NCBI RefSeq assembly: GCF_009914755.1 | Contig: NC_060925.1 | Direction: 5' to 3' (one strand) | Origin: the human T2T-CHM13v2.0 reference genome, Homo sapiens | Length of the DNA stretch: 64,000 nt | In this document: piece after piece, positions 45,420 to 61,731 of the stretch | Layout of the letters: every line of letters starts with the position of its first letter | Position numbering within the stretch: the stretch's first letter is position 1 | Notes under the pieces: generated by a model | The model's database searches: none | The model's input: the letters and a program-made list of their open reading frames with translations, nothing else | What the model was told of the DNA's origin: nothing | Translations under genes and position numbers: made by a program

Positions 45420-45835
45420 TGTTGTAGTCTCTCCAAAGAAGCAGGATATATCCCTACCCTAAATTTGGTTTGGATGTCAATACTGATGGTACTACACACA
45501 CATCAGGAGGGTATAAAAACATTTATTATATGAATAATGAGGCTTTCTGGGTAGAGCAGGACAGACCTCAAAACTGGTCTGAGCATGGCTTGAGAGAGCA
45601 GAGAAGAGATACTGGCTTGGTTTTACAGTGGTATTTAGGTAATGGGGATGCAGTGAGAGTTCTCACTCAGGTGGGGGCTTGCACAATGATAAATTTCCAC
45701 AGGTGTTTAAAGAAGGAGCACCTAGGATTTTTCACTAACTGGCCAACATGTTCAGCAGCAGAAAGGAAGAGGGAATGATGAGACTTAAATGATAGCAACA
45801 GTCTGACATCAAAAATTGGAATCAGACTATTATCA
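45420..45835 (-). mobile_element. LTR52-like ERVL LTR
   Basis: Minus strand reads tgataatagtctgattccaatttttgatgtc...ccagaaagcctcatt...aataaatgtttttataccctc...accaaattt...actacaaca, as in recalled LTR52. Confidence 0.7.
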
Positions 45836-46624
45836 TTCACCCATGATTTTTGACTGATGACTAAAATGTACCATGTTTTGTTTAGTTGAGTATTAACTTT
45901 ATAACTAAGCAATCTTATATGGCCTGTAGACTGAGTCCAGTAAGAAAGGTGAAAGTTCTGTTCAGTGCTTCACTCAAGAAAAGTTGCATGAGAAAAACAT
46001 AAAACTTCAAAAATCTTGATATCTGATGAAGAAATCACAAAAGATTAAAATTGATAAATAATCTATTGGTATATTAGAGTATGTTAAATAATTATTTTAT
46101 GCCATTCATGATGTAATAACTTTAACAGTTTTAATTTTAAGTAACTATTTTGAATATAAATGAGTTATTGAATGATATTTAATATGCAGTAGGTATAGTA
46201 AGCCAAATTTTTTACCTTTCCTAGTTTCTTGATTTGTGAATGCCTTTAAGCTTTCTGTAAGATAAAGAGAAATAAATGTGGTGAAGTTGAGTGAGAAAAC
46301 ATTTTGATACCATGTGAATTAAGAAATGCTAACGTTAATTCTTCCTCTCTAATTCCTTAGAGCAACCTGCAATTACATTTAGGAGATTAAAAGCATCAAC
46401 TCTCACAGATGAACATCTTTAGAAGGTATTGTAAGATAGCTACTCACTAATTACTCATTGATTGTACCATGTATTTAAGGCATTATCAGATTTAATATAA
46501 AGGAATAGGACAAAGACACAGTGTACTATCATAAAGTATTTATTCCAATCAGGTAATGTTGACTTTTTGATTTGGTCTTGCTAAGAGCAGAATGTTTCCT
46601 TTACATCCACTAATCTGCTGCCTA

Positions 46625-47098
46625 AGTGTCCTGGCAGAAGCAGCCGGCAGGTTCAAATGGGGTAACTGAGGACTGCCAAAGGGGTTATGTGCAAAGATGC
46701 AGTCAAGGTACAAAGAAGCACCTCAAGGAGAGGTAACAACAGACATTAATCTTATCAGAATTAGACTTGAAGGGTCAAGGGGAGGGAGGTTACAGAAACC
46801 CATAGCCAGTAGTTGAAACTATTGTTGAGGGCTGCTGTTTAGGAGCTGGGGCTTTTAAGGGGATTCAGATACCTGAAGACATCTAGATCAGAAAAGCCAG
46901 GAAAATAATGCCCATATCTCACTCTCTTGGCTGTAGGCAGAGTCTCTACTGATGCCTTGCTTTCACTGAACCCAGCTTGAAGCCAGAGGATGGGGAAGCC
47001 ATTGGTGGTAGAAGCTACTGATCAGGGTTCATTGGTCTTCAGTGCAGGAGAAGAGTAGAGATTGGATTTAGAGGGAAGAATAGAAAATATCTTGTATA
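46625..47098 (-). mobile_element. LTR41-like ERVL LTR
   Basis: cctggcagaagcag...ggggtaactgagga...gaacccagcttgaagccagagg...gatttagagggaagaatagaaaatatc. Confidence 0.55.
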
Positions 47099-47103
47099 AC
47101 CAC

Positions 47104-47380
47104 TCTATTCATTTGCTAAAGCTGCCATAATAAAATACCACACACAGTGTAGCTTTAACAGAAAGTTATTTTCTCACAATTCTGGTGGCTAGAAAAAGAT
47201 CAAGGTGTTGACGGGTTTGATTTCTTCTGAGGCCTCTCTTCTTGGCTTGTAGATGGCTGCCTTCTTGCCATGTTGTTACATGGTCATCTCTCTCTCTGTG
47301 TCCCAATCTCCTTTTCTTATAAGAAGACCAATCATGCTGGATTATCACTGACTCTAAAAGTCTTGAATTTAAAAGTCTTT
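47104..47380 (-). mobile_element. MLT1A/B fragment
   Basis: gctgccataataaaataccaca...tctcacaattctggtggctag...cttttcttataagaagaccaatcat. Confidence 0.8.
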
Positions 47381-47990
47381 GAATTTTACCTTAAATATTT
47401 TATCCATTTTACAATTTATTATACATTAAATATTGTATAAATGTTAATGTATACAAAAAATGACCAATATAAATATTAATAAACCACATAGAGAAAACCA
47501 CTGAATTCTTTGGTCTCATTAAGCCAATTATCTGTTCAAACGTGCTTCAAGTATCCATAGTCTCAGTTGAGATTAGAATGCTTTGTACCTAGATTTAAAA
47601 TATGTCCTTACCTTTTTTTTTTTTTTGCCCCAGACAGTGACCAAACAAAACTGTCTACTAGGCCAAGGTTGAACTTCTACCAACACCAGTGTCCTCAAGT
47701 CCTCTCAGGTCTCCCTTATCTGAAATCTCTCAGGAAAAGATTGGATAAATTAAATTTATATGTATTTAATTTATATTGAATTTGTAAGCTGTATATGTAT
47801 ACAACTCAATGTGTTTTTATTTGTATTTCGACAGGTAACAAAGCCTTTTACAAGAATTTTCCAAATTGTTTTCAGAATACCAACATTCTAAAAGGTATTA
47901 ACTTTTATTTTAAGAAAGAGAATTCTGTATTAAAATAACTGTAGAAAATTAAACAAAATATACATTTCTTTGACAGATTCACAAAGCATG

Positions 47991-48517
47991 TGCAATGATT
48001 AATTTTAAGTGTCCACTTGGCTAGATGAAGGGATATCCAAATAGCTAGAAAACCATTATTTTTGGGTATGTCTGTGAAGCTGTTTCTAGAAGAGATTGAC
48101 ATTTGAATCAGTGGACTGAGTAAGGAAGATACACCTTCATCCAATATGGATAAGCAACATCCAATTGGCTGAGAGCCCAGATAGAACAAAAAGACAGAAA
48201 AAAAAGGAAATTCGTTTATTATCTCTTCTACAGCTGAAATGCTCTTCTCCTGCCCTTGGACTTCAGAACTCCAACCAGATTCTCTGGCCTTTGGACTCTG
48301 GGACTTGCACTAGCAGTCCCAGGTTGTCAGGCCTTTGGTCTTGGACTGAGAGTTTCATCATCAGCTTCCCTGGTTCTGAGGCTTTTAGACTCAGATTGAG
48401 CCAATCTACTGGATTTCCTGGTTCTCCAGCCTGCAGACAGCCACTTGTGGGGATTCTCAGCCTCCATAATCGTGTGAGCCAATTTCTCCAATAAACCTCC
48501 TCTCATCTATCTATCTA

Positions 48518-48573
<56 letters not shown>

Positions 48574-48638
48574 TCAATCTATTTACCCACCTACCCATCC
48601 ATCCTATTGGTTCTCTCTGCAGAACTCTGATTGACACA
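47991..48638 (+). mobile_element. MLT2B HERV-L LTR with internal (TCTA)(TCTG) STR
   Basis: atgattaattttaagtgtccacttggctag...aataaacctcctc...atcctattggttctct...gacaca; TSD gcatg/gcatc; STR at ~48506-48575. Confidence 0.87.
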
Positions 48639-49094
48639 GCATCGTTATGTATTTAAGGCTGTACAATACAATACAAAAATTTTCTTAACCTAACCTTAAA
48701 GCAAATAATCAAATCTAATTAACAAACATAAGCCATCAATAAGCAGAAAGTGATGGCAGGTAGGGGTAGGGACTCTTCCTGACCATGAAATTGTGCTAGA
48801 ACCTTATAATATGTCCTTGGAATTCCAGGCAAAGCACTATATATTTGGTAAACATGCATTTAGTCACACAAATCAATGTGTTTTTTGCTATACTAAAGAG
48901 TATGCTTCACATCAGTAATCACTTTTTATGCAGAGAATTCAACGAAAACAAATCTTTATGATAAAAGTAACTTCTTACATAGATGATAGTTGCAATTAAC
49001 GAGGATCCTTGTCTGCTTAATTCAGAAGTGTGACCTGAAAGAAAACCCATACATGTAAGACTGCACTTTAAATATTACTGTTTGGAAAGTTTCC

Positions 49095-52143
<3,049 letters not shown>

Positions 52144-52451
52144 AACAGCTGGTAACCTAGAAAGACATTTAGAACACTGTAGTGCACTTAATATTGGCAA
52201 TTTACAACACAAAATTTAAATTTCAATAATAAATTAACCTAGTAAGACATGTAGAAAACACTAAGAAGTCAAGTCTGAAAAGTAGAGGCCTCATTTTTCT
52301 CATTAACTTAACTGTATTAATCTAATCCTTCATTACAATGATGTGACCACTACGTCAAAGGGAGGAGGTAGAAGAAGGGGAAGGTAGCATAAACCATCTC
52401 TTCTAAAAAGAGTTTTGGTTTATATTATTCCAACTCCACTATCTACACATG

Positions 52452-52486
<35 letters not shown>

Positions 52487-53409
52487 ATTCAAACTCACTC
52501 ACATGCTTACTTGCAGTCACACACACACTCCTCACACCTCACATCAACTCATATGCTAAGCCACACATATACTGCAGTCTATCTATTCCCATGCATTTCT
52601 CATGATTCACAGTCTCTGGTTAGAGTCAAGGCAACTTAAAAAGAATTCCAGAACATGTTGAACCTGTAACCATGCATTAGGCACTGACTAAACCCAAGTG
52701 TTAGTTTGTTCCCTGGTCTAACTCGAAGTTTTTGCTTGTTTTTCTGTAATAACAAGCAAGAATGCTAACATTTTAGAACATCAAAGAACTTAAAGATCCA
52801 ATAAAGAGTTATTTATTGGATCATTTATATTTAAATGTAAAAACTTGTACAACATTCAGATATTATCACACTGGCTTCTGTTACCTCCATTGGAGATGAA
52901 TTCTTTCAAATGCCTGTGTAGAGAGGCTTTTTGATCCTGCCGTGTGCCCACACCAAGCTTTTTCCTGGAACCATATAAGCACTTACTTCTGAGCAGGGGA
53001 ATATTCTGAATCTTCCTATAGCCTCTCCTGGGAGAGAAGTAACAAGCATTGAAGAGGTCCAGTCATGACCTCTTCTTTAAAGAAGCCTTTTGCTTCTTTG
53101 AGAGAGTCTCAATGGGCAGATCTCCCTCTAATCTATAACGTCAGTGTTAACAGTGTGTACACTGTTGAGCTCTATGGAGCTCAACAAACAGCACATGTTC
53201 CTTTTGGTGCAAAGGTGAATTTTATCGTTTTGATGAAGTTTCTTAGAAATCTTGCTGTAACATACTTGAAAACAATAGTTCATATTCACAAATTTGTTAT
53301 ATTTATCTCTTTTTATTTTACAAGAAAGAAAATCCTTGACACACTAAAATCTTCAGGAACATTAGGCCTAAAAATGTCAATTTGACAAAACATCTGGAAT
53401 AATGTCACT

Positions 53410-53900
53410 TTTCATAAACAAAGTGTGTGTTTATTTATGAAATAATATATACACACCATATATTGTATATTATATACAATATTATATAAATATATAGTAT
53501 AATATAATGTTACAATATTATATAAATATATTATATTATATAAATAATATACAATTATATATTGTATATATTATTGTATATTATATACACAATGTTATAT
53601 ATACAATATTATACATAGTATTGTATATGTAATTGTATATTATATATTTAGATATACCTTATATATACAATATTATATACAATAATATATACTATAGGTG
53701 TATATAATATTTTCACAAATAAACATGACATACAAGTGTGTTTGTATATTATATAATGTGTATTTATTATTTTAATAAATACACACATATGAATGTATAT
53801 TTATTACACATTATATAATATATATGCACACACATATGTCACGTGTGTATATATATGTATATATATATATTACATGTACACTTCTATATTGATATATATA
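53410..53900. repeat. AT-rich low-complexity / imperfect palindromic repeat
   Basis: tatataca/tattgtat units with inverted flanks. Confidence 0.85.
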
Positions 53901-54156
53901 TGAATACTGGTTAATTCATATAATCTTGCACAGATACTCACCCAGAAATGCTATGTGGATATAGCTGAAAGGAAAACCATAGAACATAATATAATGTCAC
54001 TCGTCATATCTTGGTAAAAAAAGGAAAGGGGAAAAACTTAAACTCATACTTATAATGCCTATGCTCCAAGCAGCCATGAGACATAATGCAGTATGTAGGA
54101 GTTCAATTCCTGTAGTGGTCTTTCCTCAGAAAGGAGCCATAGAAGGCAGTGGCACC

Positions 54157-54454
54157 AGCCAGGCACTGTGGCTCATACTTGTAATCCCAACACTTTGGGA
54201 GGCTGAGGAGGGCTGATGACTTGAGGTCAGGAATTGGAGACCAGCCTGGCCAAAATGGTGAAACCCCGTCTCTACCAAAAATACAAAAATTAGTTGGGCA
54301 TGGAAGCGTGTGCCTGTAATCTCAACCACTTGGGAAGCTGAGGCAGGAGAATCGTGAATCGCTTGAACCCAGGAGGCAGAGGTTGCAGTGAGCTGAGATC
54401 GCGTCACTGCACTCCAGCCTGGGTGACAGAGCAAGACTGTGTTTCAAAAAAAAA
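54157..54454 (+). mobile_element. Alu (AluS-type)
   Basis: Alu body with a small gaatcg duplication; degenerate TSD agaagg...tggc. Confidence 0.96.
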
Positions 54455-55452
54455 GAAGGTGATGGCCCACTGGGCTTTCGCTATGATGACCAGGATGTTC
54501 TGCATGTCAGAAGATACATGATGGCATATTTCCATGGGTCAAGTAACCATGTACTAAGAGATTTTAAAAAGGAAACCAATATTCCTGAACTGTACAAGTC
54601 TGAAAAGTTATATACAGAAATAAGTGTGGATTTGAGTGTTTATATACATGCATGTATATTAAAATGCATAGTATATAGTCTCGCTTTAATTTTTAGATGA
54701 TACTTCTATGACTCATTATTATCTCATGCAAAAGAGAATCCTCTCGTCAGAAAATTATGCCTGCCCTAAGAGAAAAAATCTTGAAATATGTATTTTTTTT
54801 GCAGCAGGTATTTCTCAAGGAACACTATCTGCTGTGTGTTTAGTGCCTCCTAACCTCCAGGCCACGTGTCTCTTAGAAGCTATAAACCATCAGGCTACAG
54901 CCAGCATCAGATTACTCCTACACAGAAAGTACTTGCAACTGCTTACATAACTTAAGCCAATCCATTCTACACCAGGCGTGGACTAGAATATTGAAATGCT
55001 GCTCACATAGATATTACTTTTGTAAGCACTAGATATTGTGGTATTCCGAACACTATGGCCCCCACTTAGCTGTGAATTTCTAAAGAGCTTTTCATTTCTG
55101 TGTATAGGGAGTACAGATTAGAAGTACTTGATGCCTGTTGTAGCTTTGGGAGGGTTGATAGGAATCTATTATTAATCTCATTACCTAGCATCAAAGAGTT
55201 CTAGACTACTGGAGTCGACTAATTAATACACTGCTGAGAAAGTAATTACAATGCAGCAAGCACACCTACAGGCTAATATTCATCTTTTAGGCTGACAAGG
55301 AGAATCTGCAAATATATTTTTTGTATAAAATAGAATTTTTTATGTTTTGCTTTCTTGATATATAGACATATATAAAGCATAATAAGTATGTTTTAAATAA
55401 AGGTGAACGTGAGTGCACTCTAAAATTATAGAGTCAAAATATTAGAGCTTGA

Positions 55453-55786
<334 letters not shown>

Positions 55787-55989
55787 ATTTTGGTAGTTTT
55801 AAAGTCTCTTCTCCTTAGAATGAGAGGTTTTGCCAGGAGAAGTGAGAGGGCCAAGGAATCTGGTCTTCTGTCCTGCCCCACCCAATACTCTTTCTTCATC
55901 TGAAGCATCTCAGCACTGACTTGCTTCACGTATTAGGCTTCCATTTGGGCTGACATTTGGATACAATTTTTGTTGTCTAAGAAGTTTGG

Positions 55990-56230
55990 TCAGCAGTGGC
56001 ATATTGGATAAAAACAGTGACTTGGGAGATAGATTAACTGGGTGAAAATCTCTGTTCTTTCACTTTGCACCTATCAGATAACCCCCTTCTCCAATAATTT
56101 CCTCAACTGTAAAATGGAAATAATGGTAGTGGCCATTTAATAGGGCTTTTAAGGAGATTGAGTATATTACTGTACATAAAGTGCTAAGAACAGTGCCTGT
56201 CACATGCTAAGTGCTGTATAAATGTTGGCT
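55990..56230 (+). mobile_element. MIR
   Basis: tttcctcaactgtaaaatggaaataatgg...taaagtgctaagaacagtgcctgtcacatgctaagtgct. Confidence 0.75.
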
Positions 56231-57494
56231 TTCATTTAGACATTAGACAGACCAATAGATTGTATAAACTGAGAGAACTACAGAGCTGGAAGGGAACTTG
56301 CAGATCAGCTATTGAGACACAAGAGTGCCAAGTATGGTATTTATATCTACATGTCAAGCAGAAACTGAGACAGTATCAGAGCCTAGGTCCTCAGTGTATG
56401 TTAGAGTGAGTAATTTCTGTTCATCAACTTGTTCCTAGCTACCAAGAAGAGGTTAAAACAAATTTAGTTTAAATATAGGGATGTTTACACTCCATGTTTT
56501 AAAATTTCTATCTCAATATTTTTAAATGAAAAGTTTTTATTCTTTAAGAGAGGAGTTTTCATTTTTTAGTAATGTATTTATATATAGAAGTATATGTAGA
56601 TTTACTGATGGTGCTAGATAGATGGATTGTTACTCTACCACAGCTAGTTATGTCTGATCACTCATTTTTGCAGCTTCCATGGGACTCTTGTGCTTATCTT
56701 TGAAGTGGTAATTTATCTGAGTAATGTCTGGGTCAGAGCCAAGCACAATACTGACAACAGACCAGGGGTTCAATAAGTTTTCCATGAATGAATAAGAAGA
56801 ACGAAACTCTTCTTTTTGTTGATCCCATTTATAGTCCACTTTTTAGCGACTGTGTTTCAGGCAGGGATGCTGCAACACCCCTAGAGAGTTGCATCGCACA
56901 AGAAAGCAGAAGAAAGACTCACGTGGGTGCTGAAATCAGCCTATGTGCCCCTTGCCAAACCACTATGGAGATGGGTCCACCCTAATAAAGTAAGGGATTT
57001 TTGTTGTTGTTTTGTTTTTTGCTTTTTTGAAAAAAAGTGCCGTATGCCATAGACTTTTCAACTATTCATCGGTAAGGTTGTGAGAAAAGGCTGATTGCCC
57101 TGTGTCCCACAAAGGTGATTTTCAGTCAAGCAGCTTCCTTGCTAGTGATCAGATCAGAGTTCCATCTGAACCAGTGTCTGGCATTTTTGACTCAGTCTCC
57201 AGTGACTGGCAGTCCTGCTGGCCTCCCATTTCTATGTTTATGTAATCACTGCCTGTCAGTAGACATTTTTGGCACTAAGGGGTCTACTTGTCAGTACCTA
57301 TGTGGCCCTTGATTGCTTGATAATTCTACTGGTTGACACAGCTTTCATAGTTTGATCTAGCCTCAGACCTTTTGGTCTATCACGATTGAATTTGTCCACT
57401 GCACCTTGATTAGCTGCCAGTCCCATCCAGTCTACATCTCTTCTCCAGACTTTTATCAATATTGGTAATATGGTGCTTTGCCTCCCACCTGTAA

Positions 57495-57820
<326 letters not shown>

Positions 57821-58074
57821 AGCAGTGGTGTTCTTTTATCAAATTCCAGCCCTTTTTCATTCTGCTTTTTCTGCTTAAGTTCACAGTCTGCTTTTCTACT
57901 GCCTTTGGGACTCCCATTCCCAGATACTGATCCCTAAAAGAAAACTGCCATTTAAGTCTTTTCACCTGCCTCTTTGACCCTTCAGGCATCATTATCATCC
58001 CTAGAAATAAACAGATCTTTCCAGCCTATGCCACTACGTGACCACCCAAACTCTAGTTCCTATACCTTACTTAT

Positions 58075-58532
58075 TTTCATGCGCGTCCGTGTGAAGAGAC
58101 CACCAAACAGGCTTTGTGTGAGCAACATGGCTGTTTATTTCACCTGGGTGCAGGTGGGCTGAGTCGAAAAGAGAGTCAGGGAAGGGAGATAAGAGTGGGG
58201 CCGTTTTATAGGATTTGGGTAGGTAAAGGAAAATTACAGTCAAAGGGGGGTTGTTCTCTGGCGGGCAGGAGTGGGGGTCGCAAGGTGCTCAGTGGGGGTG
58301 CTTTTTGAGCCAGGATGAGCCAGGAAAAGGACTTTCACAAGGTAATGTCATCACTTAAGGCAAGGACTGGCCATTTACACTTCTTTTGTGGTGGAATGTC
58401 ATCAGTTAAGGTGGGGCAGGGCATATTCACTTCTTTTGTGATTCTTCAGTTACTTCGGGCTATCTGGGCGTATACGTATACGTACAAGTCACAGGGGATG
58501 CGATGGCTTGGCTTGGGCTCAGAGGCCTGACA
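58075..58532 (-). promoter_or_regulatory. HERV-H 3' LTR7 (complete, 458 bp)
   Basis: tgtcaggcctctgagcccaagccaagccatcgc...catgaaa; TATAAAA at 58204-58210 and AATAAA at 58134-58139 (minus strand); two cacaaaagaagtg units. Confidence 0.93.
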
Positions 58533-60328
58533 TTCCTGCCTTCTTATATTAATAAGAAAAATAAAACAAAATAGTGTTGAAGTGTTGGGGTGGCGAAAAT
58601 TTTTGGGGGGTGGTATGGAGAGAGAATGGGCGATGTTTCTCAGGGCTGCTTCAAGCGGGATTAGGGGCGGCGTGGGAACCTAGAGTGGGAGAGATTAAGC
58701 TGAAGGGAGGTCTGGTGGTAAGGGGTGATATTGTGGGTTGTTAGAAGAAACATTTGTTGTGTAGAATTATTGGTGATGGCCTGGATACGGTTTTGTATAA
58801 ATTGAAAAACTAAATGGAATAAGAGAAGGAGAAAAACAGGTATAAAAGGTCTAAGAATAGGGAGGACCTAGGACATCTGATTAGAGAGTGCCTAAGGAGA
58901 TTCAGCATAGTCCTGCCAGCAAAGATTATTTATTTACTTCAAGAGTTTAGAGTGGCAGTTTGGGGATAGCACGAAGAGATATCAGCTGTGATGGCTTGGA
59001 GAAACTGTGTAAACTGGCAGTGTAAACAAGAGCAGGGCATGTATGAGTAGTTGAGAACGGAGAATAGGAGTATGACTAGACAAAAGATAGTAGGGATGAC
59101 AAGTTTTTTTGGGGCACAGTCTAAGTTGGTCCAGTGTCTGGAATGAGACTGGGGCCTAATAAAAAGGAGCTCAAATGGGCTGTACCTTGCAGCAGTCCGA
59201 GGACAGGCCTGAATTCTGAGAAGGGAAAGTGGTAAAAGTATTGTCCAGTCCTTTTTAAGTTGGTGGCTGAGCTTGGTGAGGTGTGTTTTTAAAAGACCTT
59301 TAGTCCATTCTACTTTTCTCGAAGACGGAGGACCGTAAGGGATATAAAGTTTTCACTGAATACTAAGAGCCTGAAAAACTGCTTGGCTGATTTGACTAAT
59401 AAAAGCTGGTCTGTTATCAGACTTTATAGAGGTGGGAAGGCTAAACTGAGGAATTATATCTGACAGAAGGGAAGAAATGACTGTGGTGGCCTTCTCAGAC
59501 CCTGTAGGAAAGGCCTTTGCTTATTCAGTGAAAGTGTCTATTTAGACTAAGAGGTATTTTAGTTTCCTGACTCAGGGCATGTTGAGTAAAGCTAATTTGC
59601 CAGTCCTGGGTGGGGCAAATCCTCGAGCTTGTTGTGTAGGGAAGGGAGGGGGCCTGAATAATCCCTGAGGAGTAGTAGAATAGCAGATGGAACACTGAGA
59701 AGTTATTTCCTTGAGGATAGATTTCTACGATGGAAAGGAAATGAGAGGTTCTGAGAGGCGGGCTAGTGGCTTGTACTATAGCATAACCTGCCTTTGCTGG
59801 TGTGTGGCGATTAGGCCTGGTGGAACCGCCATCAATAAATCAAGCATGATCAGGGTGAGGAACAGGAAAGAAGGAAATATGGGGAAATGGGGTAAATATC
59901 AGGTGGATCAGAGAGATACAGTCATGGGGGTCAGGTGTGGTATCAGGAATAATGTGGGAGGCCAGATTGAAGTCCGGGCCAGGAACAACGGTAATTGTGG
60001 GACTTAACAAAGAGTGAGTATAGCTGAAGGAGCCGGGAGCAGAAAGTATTTGCGTCAGGTATGAGGAAGAAAATAGATTTTGGAAGTTAGGAGAAATGTA
60101 GAGAGTGAGTTGAGCATAGTTTGCGATTTTTAGGGCCTCTAAAAGTATCAAAGCAGTGGCAGCTGCTGCACGCAGACATGAGGGCTAGGCTAAAACAGTA
60201 AGGTCAAGTTGTTTGGACAGAAAGACTACAGGGTGCGGTCTTGGCTCTTGTGTAAGAATTCTGACAGCACTAACCATGCCTAGGAAGGAAAGGAGTTGTT
60301 GTTTTGTAAGGGATTGAGGTTTGGGAGA

Positions 60329-60895
60329 TTAATCGGACACTATCAGCAGGGAGAGCACGTGTGTTTTTATGAGAATTATGCCGAGATAGGTAACAGGTGA
60401 GGAGGAAATTTGGGCTTGACTGAAGTAATGGGGTCTGTCTGTGAAGACTTGCGGCAGTACAGCCCAGGTAATTTGCTGAGCCTGATGGGTGTCAGGGTCA
60501 GTCCAAGTGAAAGCGAAGAAAGGCTGGGATGACGGGTGCAAAGGAATAGTAAAGAAAACATGTTTGAGATCCAGAACAGAATAATGGATTGTGGAGGGAG
60601 GTATTGAGGATAGGAGAGTATATGGGTTTGGCACCATGGGGTGGATAGGCAAAACAATTTGGTTGATAAGGCATAGATCCTGAACTAACTTGTAAGGCTT
60701 GTCTGGTTTTAGGACAGGTAAAATGGGGGAATTGTAAGGAGAGTTTATAGGCTTTGAAAGGCCATGCTGTAGCAGACGAGTGATAACAGGCTTTAATCCT
60801 TTCAAAGCATGCTGTGGGATGGGATATTGGCATTGAGCGGGGTAAGGGTGATTAGGTTTTAATGAGATGGTAAGGGGTGCATGATCGGTCACCAA
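60329..60895 (-). pseudogene. HERV-H pol (RT) remnant
   Basis: QYPIP...SPYNSPILPVLKPD...LVQDL...VLDLKHVFFTIPL...WAVLPQ RT motifs; the YxDD region is deleted (SQAQISSSPVTYLG junction). Confidence 0.88.
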
Positions 60896-60913
60896 GGAGG
60901 GAGTAGAGGTATC

Positions 60914-61300
60914 TTATACTTGTGGGTTAAGGTGGGGGAATACAAGAGGAGGACGCAAAGGAGGCTTTGGGTTGGGGAGAAGGGCAGCAATGAGATGCAG
61001 CTGTAGTCCAGGAATAGTCAGGGAAGCAGATAATTTGGTTAAAATATCTTGGCCTAATAAGGGAACTGGGCAGGTGGGGATAACTAAAAAAGAGTGCATA
61101 AAAGAGTGTTGTCCAAGTTGGCACCAGAGTGGGGCAGTTTTCAGGGGTTTAGAAGCCTGGCCGTCAATACCCACAACAGTTATGGAGGCAAGGGAAACGG
61201 GCTCTTGAAAAGAAGGTAATGTGGAGTGGGTAGCCTCCGCATTGACTAAGCGGACGGGCTTAACTTCCATTGTGAGAGTTACCCGAAGCTCGGCATCCAT
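60914..61300 (-). pseudogene. HERV-H protease remnant
   Basis: LVNAEATHSTLPSF (degenerate DTG), VVGIDGQ, CPVPLLGQDIL. Confidence 0.85.
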
Positions 61301-61440
61301 GATGGTCTAAGGGGCTTCCGAGGCGATCGGGCAGCGTCAATCTTCAGCTGCTAAGCCGAGAAGGACTCAGTCAGAGAGCCTTGGGCCAGAGTTCCAGGGG
61401 CTCTGGGAGTGGCTGCCAGGTGAGTTGAACAGTCCAATTT

Positions 61441-61731
61441 TCAGTGGGGTCCTACACAGATGGGACGCGGCTTAGGAGGAATCCCGGGCTGAGGGCATTC
61501 CTTGGCCCAGTGGCCAGATTTCCGGCACGTGTAGCAAGCTCCTGGGGGAGGAGGTTCAGGAGGAATGCCTGGCTGCTGCGGTTCAGGCGTTTGGAAGTTC
61601 TTGTGTGCTGGATATGTGGCTGGGGTTTGTCTCACAGTGGAGGCAAGGAATTGCAACTTTTTTCTGTTATTGCACACCTTGAAGGTGAGGTTAATTAAAT
61701 CCTGTTGTGGGGTTTGAGGGCCAGATTCCAA
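61441..61731 (-). pseudogene. HERV-H gag C-terminal remnant (NC zinc knuckle)
   Basis: [14 protein letters not shown] is a CX2CX4HX4C motif. Confidence 0.85.
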
